64,000 nt of DNA from Microbotryum violaceum (Eukaryota), in assembly GCA_001244265.2 (NCBI GenBank), contig CDLV01000019.1, forward strand, positions 186,001 to 250,000, given 5' to 3'. The first letter of the stretch is position 1. Each line of letters opens with the position of its first letter. Below the pieces are notes generated by a model that did not search any database, was not told the DNA's origin, and saw only the letters and a list, made by a program, of their open reading frames with translations. Made by a program: the position numbers and the translations under genes. Shown piece after piece: positions 13,347-24,779 of the stretch.

Positions 13347-13537
13347 GACAACAAAGGGGGTTTTAGTGGGTATGGTTGATCCTGGTTCAGGGTCAATGAG
13401 TCCTACACTACTGGCTTCTGCCAGTGTGCGTAACAGCATTCCCTCCGACTTTTCCGAAGATTTCTAGGTATTAATATAATTATGCTGTTAATGAAGTCTA
13501 TCAAATAAATAAATAAAAGACAGCGCAAGACTTACCC

Positions 13538-14670
13538 AGGACCCGGGAAAGCTCAGCCCAATGTGCGTCTCGAAAATGTACAAAATGGACCCTCCGAACC
13601 CCAAACTGCAACTCAAAAGAGGTGCAAATCGAAACTTTGGGGACTCCAGATCATGTGCGTCCAGGATGTGGTACAAATCGATGTATCTGGACTTCGCACC
13701 TCCCCCGGCCCTCACCTGCTCGGCCATCGGCCGAGCGCGTATGAGCTGCGCGTACGCCATTCAATGGTCCATTAGTTCGCGCGAGCCGATTGCAATGCAA
13801 CGCTTCATGCGCACCAAGACGCGCTCCGCAAGAATACAGAAAGGCGCTGGAAGTGGGCGAAATGTCATTAGACGCCCCTCGTAGCCCCTGACCATCCTCA
13901 CCTTGTGCCAGATCGCAATCATCCTACGGTCTGCGCACTTCCGTGTGTGCTATTGTTAAGGGACAAGAGGACGACATGTCATCTATAACAGTCCCTCCAG
14001 AGTCACGAATTCACCTGTCCCTAGACGACTTGCTCGAGATCCCGCATTATTCGACAAAAGTCACGATTTTCGAGAATTGGTGGTATGCCTCCGGCTTTTG
14101 ATCCTTTTTGAACAAGGGGTTTAGCCTGGTGCAAAGTCAGAGCCACTGAATCTAAGCAGCCCTACATTCACAGAACCACAAGAATGGGACCCCAAAAGTG
14201 TGAGCACCAACCACCAACCCTATATAATCTTGAAGAATAGGCACAACCGAGAAGAGAGAGGAGAGTCCCAATTTTTTTTGTATCAAGCCTGATTAGATTT
14301 CACATATTCGATTATCTACGCAAAACCAATGTTTCTTGGAAAGGGGGGTTAGACTTATGTAAGGTCAAAGCCACTGGATCTATGCAGCCCTCACACTCAC
14401 AGAACCACCAAAACAGCCGACGAGCGGTCGGGCAGGTCCGAGCGGCCGGCTGTCAAATTCGACGCGACGCTAGTACCGGGTCGTCGGAGCGATTTTTCAT
14501 ATCTCTGGCTGTTGGAGAGCGATTTTTGGGCTATCTCATAACATAACTCTTCCAATGTACGACGCAAAACAGGTACAAATCGACCCCTCAGACACCTTAT
14601 CCCGATGGACAAATCGGCCTAAAATCGCTGTTTTTCGAGACGCACATTGGGCTGAGCTTTCCCGGGTCCT
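13538..14670. mobile_element. Non-autonomous AGGACCC-TIR element (second subfamily)
   Basis: About 35-bp TIR AGGACCCGGGAAAGCTCAGCCCAATGTGCGTCTCG, inverted at 14636-14670. Flanks ACTTACCC / ATTACCC form an imperfect TSD. The same right end occurs at 30820-30854. Confidence 0.85.
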
Positions 14671-14837
14671 ATTACCCAGTACTTACCCAGAGCGCGCCGA
14701 GTAGCCAACTCCCCATCGATTCAACCTCCCCTCTCTTCTTTTCTGCCCAACCCCTCCGCCCACACTTATCCCTCCACTCCCCTTTCTCCTTGCCCCTTTA
14801 TATTTCACTCGTTGCTTGTCCCGCTCAGACATTCATC

Positions 14838-17800
14838 ATGTCGGCCAAGGTGCGTGAGCATCGCTTATCAAGTTTCGGCGACACGTCACGCCGAGGATGT
14901 CTGCTGTGGCTGGCCGGTTGGGTTGCGCGGAGTGACTGACAGCCCCAAATCGCTCCGCCCCCCGCCCCCATCAGCCTATCCGCGAATACGATGGTCAGTG
15001 AGAATGCTTAACTCAATTATGTGCCATAGCAGCATGGTCATTGACGACTTCAAGCTCTGTCCTCTTGATATTCAGCCAAGTTGCTCTTGGCATATCATCT
15101 CAATCACGCTGCTCAGTTCGGCACGGAGTGCACGGTCAGACCCGGCTGGAAAGCCCCCAACACCCGTGTAGCCCAGGTATGTCATCGCTCGGGTCATTCT
15201 TTTGCGTGTCGAGGAATCCGTCGAATGTATCGATCACTGTCCGGGGCTTCGATACCGACAATGCTTTCCACCCAACGCCGGTCACATGGTCTCCTGTCCA
15301 TGCGAAGCGGGTTGGTCGGGGCCTCGTTGCTCGCATGGTCTCACTAGCCTTGAGTTGCTTGTTCGTGTGTGCACGTGCTCTCAACGCAGCATTGTGTGGG
15401 AGCACCTCACCTGATCTTGTTCGGATCGGGTTAGCTGCCTCGAGTCGGGAAGCGGGACCGGAGGAGTTGTTCCCTCTCCCCAACCCGCGTCGACTCTATG
15501 ATTTGCCATGAAGCCGATCACGCTCTAAGACCCACGATGCCGAGCGAGCTCGTGAACAACCTAATTTTATTCGACATTCGCACCCATTACCTTACTGACC
15601 TTTTTCATTTCGTCCTCTGCACCCTCCGGATCTAGGTCCAATGGGACCCGGCCAAGGGCGACGTGACTCGCGACGAGGCGCTCCCCGCGTGGGTTTTCAC
15701 AGACAAGCTCGTTGTCAAGCCCGATCAACTCATTAAACGTCGTGGCAAGGCTGGCTTGCTGTAAGTTCAATATTCTGCGCTGCCCGGCCGCAGGAAGCCC
15801 ACTGCCACTGCCAATGCCGGCCAGCTGATCGGTAAGCTGGTCTTTCGTGGGATATTCGAATCAGCGCTCTGAACAAGACCTGGGCCGAAGGCAAGCAGTG
15901 GATCACCGAGCGCGCCGGCAAGCAAGTTCAAGTGAGTTCGATCAATAAGTTTCCCACTGGGTGCTTCGCCCAGGGCTGACTGTTCGTTTTTCACGCCGCT
16001 GGCCGTGCAGGTTGAGAAGACGACGGGCACGCTCAACACGTTCATAATCGAACCCTTCTTGCCTCACCCTGCCGACTCGGAGTTCTACATCTGCATCAAC
16101 TCTGTTCGTGAAGGCGACATGATACTCTTCACCCACGAAGGCGGTGTCGAGGTCGGTGACGTCGATGCAAAAGCCCTCACCCTCCTTGTCCCCGTCGGCG
16201 GCGAATTGCCCGCCCGTGATACCATCAAGGCAGGCCTCCTCAAGGACGTCAAGACGGGCGAGGTCAAAGAAGCGCTTGTGGACTTCATCGCCAGACTCTA
16301 CTCGGTCTACGTCGATCTCCACTTCGCTTATTTGGAGATCAACCCGCTCGTTGCGGTCGAGGTTGAAGGCAAGACTGAGATTTACTATCTTGACATGGCC
16401 GCCAAGCTCGATCAAACTGCGGAGTTCATCGTCGGTCCGAAGTGGGCAATCGCTCGCGATCCTTCGATCTTCAACCCCCAAGCCGTCGCGCAGAAAGTCA
16501 CCGGCAAGACTCTAGCCGATCGTGGACCGGCGATGGTCTGGCCGCCTCCCTTCGGCCGAGATCTGACTAAAGAAGAGGCCTACATCGCCAAGCTCGATTC
16601 GTCGACGGGCGCCTCGCTCAAGTTGACGGTTCTCAATGCCGAGGGCCGTGTGTGGACCATGGTCGCTGGTGGTGGAGCCTCAGTCGTCTACTCGGATGCC
16701 ATTGCCGCTCACGGCTTCGCTCACGAACTCGCCAATTACGGCGAGTACTCCGGCGCACCCACGACGAATCAAACGTACGAGTACGCCAAGACAATTCTTG
16801 ACCTCATGACCCGCGGCACGCCTCGCAGTGATGGCAAGCTCCTGTTCATTGGTGGTGGTATCGCCAACTTTACCAATGTTGCTGCCACCTTTAAGGGCAT
16901 CATCGCTGCTCTCAAGGAATATCAGCACAAGCTCCAGGAACACAAAATCCGTATCTTTGTTCGTCGCGGTGGCCCCAACTACCAGGAGGGTCTCAAGGCG
17001 ATGCGCCTGCTCGGTGAGACGCTAGGCGTGGAGATCCAAGTTTTTGGCCCCGAGTCCCACATCACCACTATCGTCCCTCTCGGCCTCGGCATTACCAAGA
17101 CTGCCGCTTCGCTTGAGTCGCTTGCACCTGAAATCCCTGCCGCTGGCACGCTCACTCCGGTCGCCCCCAGCTCACCTTCGGGCAAATCAGCCGCGCTCCC
17201 CGCGCAGCCTCCCCGCCAGCAAGCTGGCGCGCGTGATGGCATCGTTTCGTTCGACTCGATACCCGTCGACGGCGAGCGACCTTGGTTCCGCCCTTTCGAC
17301 GAGAGGACTCGCTCGCTTGTCTATGGCCTTCAACCGCGAGCGATTCAGGGCATGCTCGACTTCGATTTTGCCTGCGGCCGCGAGACGCCTTCCGTTGCCG
17401 CCATGATCTACCCGTTCGGTGGACATCACGTTCAAAAGTTCTACTGGGGTACGCAGGAGACACTTCTACCCGTGTTCACCTCCGTCGCCGAAGCCGTTAG
17501 AAAGAGCCCCGACGCCGACGTTGTGGTTAACTTTGCCTCGTCGCGTTCCGTTTACTCGTCGACCCTCGAATGTCTCGAGTTCCCTACCATCAAGGCCATC
17601 GCTCTGATCGCCGAGGGTGTCCCTGAACGCCACGCACGTGAGATTCTGCACCTCGCACAAAAGAAGAAGGTAACCATCATTGGTCCCGCTACGGTCGGTG
17701 GCATCAAGCCTGGGTGCTTCCGTATTGGAAACACCGGAGGGTGAGTGAAACGATCTCTGATTTGATACTGCAACCAGATCTACTGATGCCGAATCCTCTT

Positions 17801-19583
17801 GGTTTGGTGCTTTACTCTTACAGTATGATGGATAACATTCTTTCTTCCAAGCTCTTCCGAGCGGGATCGGTCGCATATGTCTCCAAGTCCGGAGGTATGT
17901 CGAATGAGCTTAACAACATTCTTTCGCTCACGACCAACGGCACCTACGAGGGCGTCGCCATCGGTGGTGATCGTTACCCTGGCACCTCCTTCATCGATCA
18001 CCTCCTCCGATACGAGGCGGACCCCAACTGCAAAATGCTGGTGCTTCTCGGAGAGGTCGGTGGTATCGAGGAATACCGTGTCATTGACGCGGTCAAGAGC
18101 GGTCAGATTAAGAAGCCTATCGTCGCGTGGGCCATCGGAACTTGTGCCAAAATGTTTACAACCGACGTGCAGTTCGGCCATGCCGGCTCCATGGCCAACT
18201 CGGATCTCGAAACGGCCGAAGCCAAAAATAACGCCATGCGTGCAGCCGGCTTCATCGTTCCTCCGACCTTTGAAGATCTTCCTCGCGCACTCAAGACGAC
18301 TTACGAAAAGCTAGTCGCCGACGGCACGATCGTGCCCAAGCCCGAGGTTGCGCCCCCTACGATTCCCATCGACTACAAGTGGGCACAAGAGCTCGGGATG
18401 GTTCGCAAACCGGCGGCATTCATCTCTACCATCTCTGACGAGCGCGGGCAAGAACTGCTCTACGCCGGTATGCCCATCTCGGACGTGTTCAAAGAAGACA
18501 TTGGCATCGGTGGTGTCATTTCCCTGCTTTGGTTCAAGCGCCGCCTGCCCCCGTACGCGTGCAAGTTCCTCGAGATGGTGCTGATGCTCACCGCCGACCA
18601 CGGACCCGCTGTTTCCGGCGCCATGAACACCGTCATTACCACTCGTGCCGGCAAGGATCTCGTGTCTTCCCTTGTGTCGGGTCTCCTGACCATCGGTGAC
18701 AGATTCGGAGGTGCGCTCGATGGTGCTGCCGCCGAGTTCAGTCGAGCCATGGATCTGGGCCTCTCGCCTCGCGAGTTTGTCGACTCGATGCGCAAGGCCA
18801 ACAAACTTAGTAAGCATCGGTTCGTAACCCGCTGTTTTCATATCGTCTTCGACTGACTTGTTCGTCTATTCTTAACATGTTCAGTTCCTGGTATCGGCCA
18901 CAAAATCAAGTCAGTAGCTCAATATTCTTTGTGCACCCTCGCGCAGAAGCTGACAGAAGAGGATATTTCGCCGTCATAGGTCAAAGACGAACCCCGATCT
19001 TCGTGTCGAGCTGGTCAAGCGATACGTGCACGACAACTTCCCGTCCACCAAGTTCTTGGACTACGCGCTCGCGGTTGAGGAGGTTACCTCTGCCAAGAAG
19101 GATGTGAGTCACCAGCTGTGGTTATCAATCGTCTGTCAGTGCCGTCCTGACCTCGTGTTCACTGGCGTCGCGTTTTTGCGCAGAGTCTGATCCTTAACGT
19201 CGACGGAGGTACGGGCTGTTTTCCGGATTTTTGAGCAAGCATCCTCTGACGCATTTAGTTTGCTTCCACAGCTATTGCCGTCTCATTTTGCGATTTGCTA
19301 CGCTACTCCGGCGCTTTCAACTCGGAAGAAGCTGCCGAGTACATGCAGATTGGTACTTTGAACGCTCTGTTCGTGGCCGGCCGCACCCTTGGTTTCATTG
19401 GTAAGCCCCTCTGGTCCCGGTACCTCGACCTGTCGAGTCCCGGCTTAATGCTGTGCGCGCTTTGCAGGTCATCACCTCGATCAAAAGCGCCTCAAGCAGC
19501 CGCTCTACAGGCATCCTGCGGACGACATTTTCATTACGCCGTTCGACCAAACGCGCGTGCTCGTCACTCAGCGTCATGCCTGA
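14838..19583 (+). CDS. ACL1: ATP-citrate lyase, single-chain (fused) type, multi-exon
   Basis: Motifs [62 protein letters not shown] (phospho-His), [33 protein letters not shown]. Stop at 19581-19583. Confidence 0.98.
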
Positions 19584-20021
19584 TCCGTTCTCGGTTTCTT
19601 TGTCTCGTTTCTACAAGTTGTGCTTGGCATCCGGTTTTTTCGTTTCCCTTTTTGAAAGCAATTACTCGCTCTGCTCATTCATTTACGATCGTGTTACTTG
19701 GGAGTGACAGAGAGGCCGCGAGCGACAGAGAGAATGCAAAGCGAATTTGGGGGTGGAGCGGGGGACGAGACTCGCTGCTGTGCCCTCGCTGAAGGCGTTT
19801 CTCGGTTGGCGACCTGCACAGATCCGTAGCGTTTGCGAGGCATTTGGTAAAGTTCAAGCTTCAAGCTTTAAGCTTCAAAACCGGTCATCGCAATTTCAGG
19901 GAGCAGTGTAGAGTGCATCAGAAAGAGTATGCGCACTCCTCGAATAGTCTGGAGCCGTCTGCTAGGCGCCCAAGCGGAGGCTGGGTGTCGCCCACCCATG
20001 GCGTGTTTTCCGGTTTGCCAT

Positions 20022-20733
20022 TCACAGTTCGTCCTTTCCAGGTTTGCGATTCTTGATGGCCAGGAGCTCAACCTACGAAGCAGACGCCGCTAAAGCGCGG
20101 TCACATCAGTCATCAGCAATCTCTGGCGGCAATTAGTCGCGATGAACGCACCTCAAAGACCAACGTCGCCTTGGGAGGAATAACCCCACCGGCTCCTCGG
20201 TCGCCTGATGAATCCGTGCAGATCGTTCATATGGGTGTGCACCGGATTAGATTGCGCTTGAGGATCAGGGGAGAGCGCTAGCTCACCATAGGCCAACGAG
20301 GAAGGAATGGTGAGGCGTCGCTTCTCTTGAGGACACATTTCGGTCAGACCCTGGTCCCATCCTGCAATGACTTGACCTTTGCCGAGCGTGAACTCGAACG
20401 GTTGTCCACGTTTTCGTGAGGAGTCGAACGGAGTCCCCTCGAGAAGCGTTCCATCGTCTGTGTGAGAGGCCAACGGGACAGCGCAGCGTCAGTGGTGCCA
20501 GGTTGTCTATTGTGATCACGCCGGGTGTGCGTACAATGCATTGACAGCTTATCTCCTTTCTGTGACTTGATGAGGCACGTGCTAGGGCGGTGCATCACTT
20601 CAATTTTGAGCGGTTCTGTTGCGGCAGCGCCTGATGACGATGACGTGGCTAACGCCGGAGTAGCTGAATAGGTGAGCAGGCCAACACCCATCGTAAGCAT
20701 TGCGAGATAGGCACTGTTGCTGATTCGAACCAT
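20022..20733 (-). CDS. FPR2: ER-luminal FKBP-type peptidyl-prolyl isomerase (FKBP2/FPR2-like)
   Basis: Signal peptide, KSQKGDKLSMH, FDSSRKRGQPFEFTLGKGQVIAGWDQGL, RRLTIPSSLAYG, GVIPPKATLVFE|VELLAIKNRKPGKDEL*. C-terminal KDEL. Confidence 0.93.
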
Positions 20734-20807
20734 AATGCTTCGTCGGTTAAAAGCACCAGCAGGAAGACCTGTGCGACTGTCTGCGGAGATTAGGAGAGGA
20801 AACCCCA

Positions 20808-20895
20808 TGGTCTTTTCGGCTTTTGAGGCATGGATTTGACGCGCCGATTCAGGCTCGCGCGCACGGACCCTTTCTCTCCCGTGGAGTGCTATAGC
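20808..20895. repeat. Terminus of a TRGTCTTTTCGGC-ended repeat family (probable DNA transposon end)
   Basis: Near-identical to 56934-57020, partially to about 59230-59260, and inverted at 22960-22995. Confidence 0.65.
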
Positions 20896-20905
20896 AGGCT
20901 ATAGC

Positions 20906-22131
20906 AGGACCCCCGAAAGCCCAGCCATAGGCGGCCCTCTAAAAACGGCCTTTTTCGAGGCAAAATGTCCAAATTTTTTCCGGATTCTGACTGAGAATGT
21001 CCAACAAAGAGGGCCCCCTAGTGTTGAATAATTTATCAAAATTACTCTACAAGCTGTACAATGCTCAGAAAAGTTTCTGCGCTACGCGCAGACTGCATTC
21101 CCGCCGCGCGCGGGCGGGAAAGGTTGCGCGCGCGCGCACCGAGCACCAAGAGCGGTGCCAGCGCGACCGACAACGAGCCTTCTCAAAATGAAATGGACTC
21201 GAATAGGATCTCATCTTTGTTTATCATTCATTTGATGGATCAAAATCAATATAATTTACATCTACATGGAAGAATGTACGCCAAAATAAGGTTCTCAGCC
21301 GCGCGCCATATCCTAATATGTATGTGCCTAGAAATATCTGGGAAAGTCGGAGGAAATGCAGGTAAGCACACCGGCTAGGCCAGTAGTGTAGGACTTTTTG
21401 ACCCTGCATCAGAATCGATCATACCCACCAAATCCCCCTTAGGTGTTTTACAGAGACACAAGGCCAGCCTTGCACTCCTGAATTGATGCCCAGAGCTCTT
21501 CGAATGCCATTTCGGTGATCGCGCGATCGGGTGATCGGTTCCAAAGAATCCGACGTGTATCGGCGGCGGCGAACCCTGGGAATCTTTGACCGACTAGGAA
21601 AAGAAAGATACGACTAGGAAAAAAAGTTATTTTTCGGCGAGAGAGCTTCCAGATCGAAAGGAAGAAGAGGAGACGTAGCTCGACAAGTCGGCGTTCCGAG
21701 CGAGAGACGATCAAAAAACGATAAACGATCGCAAATGTCTTACAGGAACAGCCCAATAAGTAGCCTTTGAGTAGTTCTAGTTACAACTTGCTTTTAGCCT
21801 ATCGTTCGAGAATGACAGATTGTATTTTATACACATCAGAGGCACATACCTTACAGCAAATACAGACACTAACGCGCTCCAAACGCAAACAGCGCGACTG
21901 TTCACCGCGCCGCGCAGCTGGGCCCGGCTTTGCCCTGCGGCCCTGCGCCTCCCGCTACCCTGGTCTGCGCTTCAAAGTTCGACCGGAGGGAGGAAAATGT
22001 CCAAAAATGAGGTGAGCCTCGACCCCTTTTGAGCCAAAAATGTCCAAATTTGCGGGCTGCCTAGCCGATTTTCCGGTCCCCAGAATGTCCAAATTTGCGG
22101 GCCGCCTCTGGCTGGGCTTTCGGGGGGTCCT
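20906..22131. mobile_element. Non-autonomous AGGACCC-TIR element containing a LINE 3' fragment
   Basis: AGGACCCCCGAAAGCCCAGCCA ... TGGCTGGGCTTTCGGGGGGTCCT with subterminal AATGTCCA repeats; no matching TSD. Confidence 0.8.
21215..21710 (-). mobile_element. 5'-truncated L1/Tx1-like LINE (ORF2 C-terminus and 3' UTR)
   Basis: VSRSERRLVELRLLFFLSIWKLSRR...IQECKAGLVSL* matches the ends of the other two copies; 3' UTR hairpin conserved. Boundaries approximate. Confidence 0.85.
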
Positions 22132-22995
22132 GCTTCGACTCCTCCATAGTGCGCGCTGTTTGTGGCGTTTGTTTTAGGATGGAAGAGTCGAGTTGCAGTG
22201 ATAAGAAAAAAACCCGCACTCCGTAACAAACGGAGGGTTTTCTAAACAGGAGTTATGAACAAGTAGGGTGGGAGGGAGGAGCTCAAAAAAATGGTCGATC
22301 GGCTTTGCTCAAAGAGCGCAGGTCCGATTAGTAACTAAACACTGCAACTGACTTGGGGGATAGGGCATACCTTTGCTCGAAAAGCGCAGGGCGATGGCAG
22401 GGGAGGAAGGCGACGCGGTAGGTAGACGCGGCCAAACGACGTCTGTATACAAGGTAGCCCCATGAGTCAACTTGCCCAACAAGGACAAGGAATTTGGCAA
22501 CATGCCCAACAAGGACAGTTGTGATCCGGAATGCGAACCTTAGCTAGAAACAGTGAGCCGCGATAGTGCGAGTCCCGAAAAGTTCGCCCTTGCTCTAAGC
22601 AGTGGGTGCGATACGACCTTGCAAAGCAGCGGGTACGGCGGCTGCTTACAACGTAGTGGCAGGCTAGCTCATCAGTCCAACTGTCCAACAAGGGCAGAGG
22701 GCTTACGAGGGATGTTACCCACTTTGAGTGAGTAGAGACTGGCAGGGGGGGTGCCGGAACCACAACACGAAATGCTGAGGCGTGCGGGACAACGAGGGAG
22801 AGGGAGAGGAAGGGCCCGCGCGCGCCAGCGGGTGAGCAAGGCGGGAGGCCCAAGGGGGCCGAGAAGAGTGCGTGCTGGTACAGGGTCCAAAGAATGCGTG
22901 TTCGAAGAGTGGAGCGCGAGCGGGCCCCGTTAGGCCGAGACCAGCGCGCTTGAGCTGTCCGTGTCAAAATCTTGCAGCAAAGGCCGAAAAGACTA

Positions 22996-23180
22996 GCAGC
23001 CGACTGAGACTGACAACCAGAAGCTTGGGTCGCAAAGCTCCCAATGTCATCCCGCCCACCATCCCTGTGTATCACCAAGAAGTTCGGACTCTCTTCCGTT
23101 TAGATCAATCTCTTACGGTTTTGTTGCAACTCGAACCACTATTCCGCTACGACTCGCGCGAGTGGTCAGGAGAGTCGACC
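22996..23180. repeat. Dispersed repeat shared with 57620-57870 (decayed transposon interior)
   Basis: CAGAAGCTTGGGTCGCAAAGCTCCCAA...TATCACCAAGAAGTTCGGACTCTC...GCGAGTGGTCAGGAGAGTCGA present in both places. Minus-strand ELCDPSFW is weakly hAT-like. Confidence 0.7.
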
Positions 23181-24779
23181 TCAGTCAGCTTTGGCCGGCA
23201 TGCCCAATCGCACGCATACCCAACAAGGTGGAGCGCTTTGATCGGTGTGAAGCGCTTTGGTCGGTGTCTGATCTTATTATATTCAAGTGAGCCATTATTT
23301 TGCTGTTGCACCTCCATTGTTGCCGCACAATCGTATTCCCCAGATCTATGACGTCGCGCGCGTGACCACGCCGCGTGAAAGCTGCCAGTGGTGCGGTCGT
23401 CGGACCGTCGGTGCCAGTACATTTGCTTGGTACTCCCCTCTCTCTTTTCCTTCTACATGTTCTTGGTCGGAGGGTCCTAACTGATTTTGCCGCGTAAGCT
23501 ATACTTGCCGGTTGCCCCTCGTGTGCAGACTCGCTGTCCTGGTCGTCGACGACATCCCGAATTGCGGAGTCATGAGCGCCGCACCCTCGATGAACGGGAG
23601 CCGAGCGCATGTCTGGTATGAAGTTGCGACGAACACCTGCTCAAGCGGTGGTAAGGCTCTGATCGACGGACCAAGGAGACCAGACCAAGAAGTTGCTTGA
23701 GCAGGAGAAAGAGAAGCGCGGAGCCAGTTGGCTCGGGTGAGCGCGCAGCTGGGCCAGCCACCTGTGTCAGGCGCACGGACCCAGCCCAGAAAGGAAGAGA
23801 GCTAAGGTGTGAAAGGCAGGTCAAAGGAAGTAAAACGAGACCGAGAAAAGGAGACATGATGCGAGAAGGAAACACAGGAGGTTGTCAATCTCACATCTGG
23901 GACCTCGGTCAATCCGGGCAGGTCAGCTTTAGATCCTCGATCGACCGTAGGCTTGGATAATTTGTTGTCCACCGTATCGTCGGCTGCATCTTCAATCTCA
24001 AGAAGCGCTAATCCGGATTCGCGATTGTTTAACCTCGCTGCTGATGTGATGACAAGCTTAGCCCGACCTACTGGCGTACCAGTGTATTCGCCCCTTATCA
24101 ATCTCTCAAACATCGAGTCAGGCGATGTTTCTCGGCAAACACCACGCCAAAGGCAACCGAGTCTGGCGGCCTGGCGGAAGCAATAGGCGCGCGTTTCTTT
24201 TTGTCCATAGTTCTTTTTTGTCGTAGACAGTACCGGTGGGCCCCCGAGCAGCCTTCCGCACGGGTTTGTAAGTTTACCCTATCGACGTCCTCGTCGGCGG
24301 ACAGCATCAGTAGCCAGTCCACTTCTGCAACCTCAAGTGCCTCCGATGCCTCCTTGCCGTCTCGACCAGCATCGATGGCCCGTAATCTCACGCTACGCGC
24401 TCGCGAAGCACAGACTTTCATGCAGGCTTCTGTGCTTGCACATGGCGCGGTTGAACAGCCGGAGGCATCGACACCCAAATTTGAGAAGACGTCAGAAGAG
24501 TGCGAACTACTTCGTGCTTTGTCGATTTGACTGGTATTAGAGTTGTTGTATCATAGTCTGACGAGCCAGCGACGGGTGATTGCGCCTTTGTGCACGCCCG
24601 CATCAGTCACGATATACATTTTCGCCATGGCGAAGTTTGGACTCGTCTCGTAATGTGTGTGACGTGTTTTCCTATTTATCTTTAAGTGTTGCAACATCAC
24701 TACCCCAAAGGCATATATCCAACGAACCAGCCCAGCAAAAAGCTTTACCAAGTCACTATCCAACCGGGTGTACTCCCTG

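Larger units (their letters stand above)
8368..13520 (+). mobile_element. Near full-length L1/Tx1-like non-LTR retrotransposon (frameshifted)
   Basis: ORF1 followed by an overlapping ORF2, a 3' UTR and an A-rich tail (TCAAATAAATAAATAAAA). Homologous to copies at 43972-46005 and about 21215-21710. 5' boundary not defined. Confidence 0.93.

Noticed and set aside
15942-18841. Several 130-180 aa minus-strand ORFs over ACL1 (similar ones over OLE1, the LINEs and the DIRS element)
   Set aside because: Shadow ORFs expected from GC-rich codon usage; no motifs.
23200-24700. Possible hAT transposase remnant (CGAH-like motif)
   Set aside because: Frames too broken to support a family call; left unannotated.
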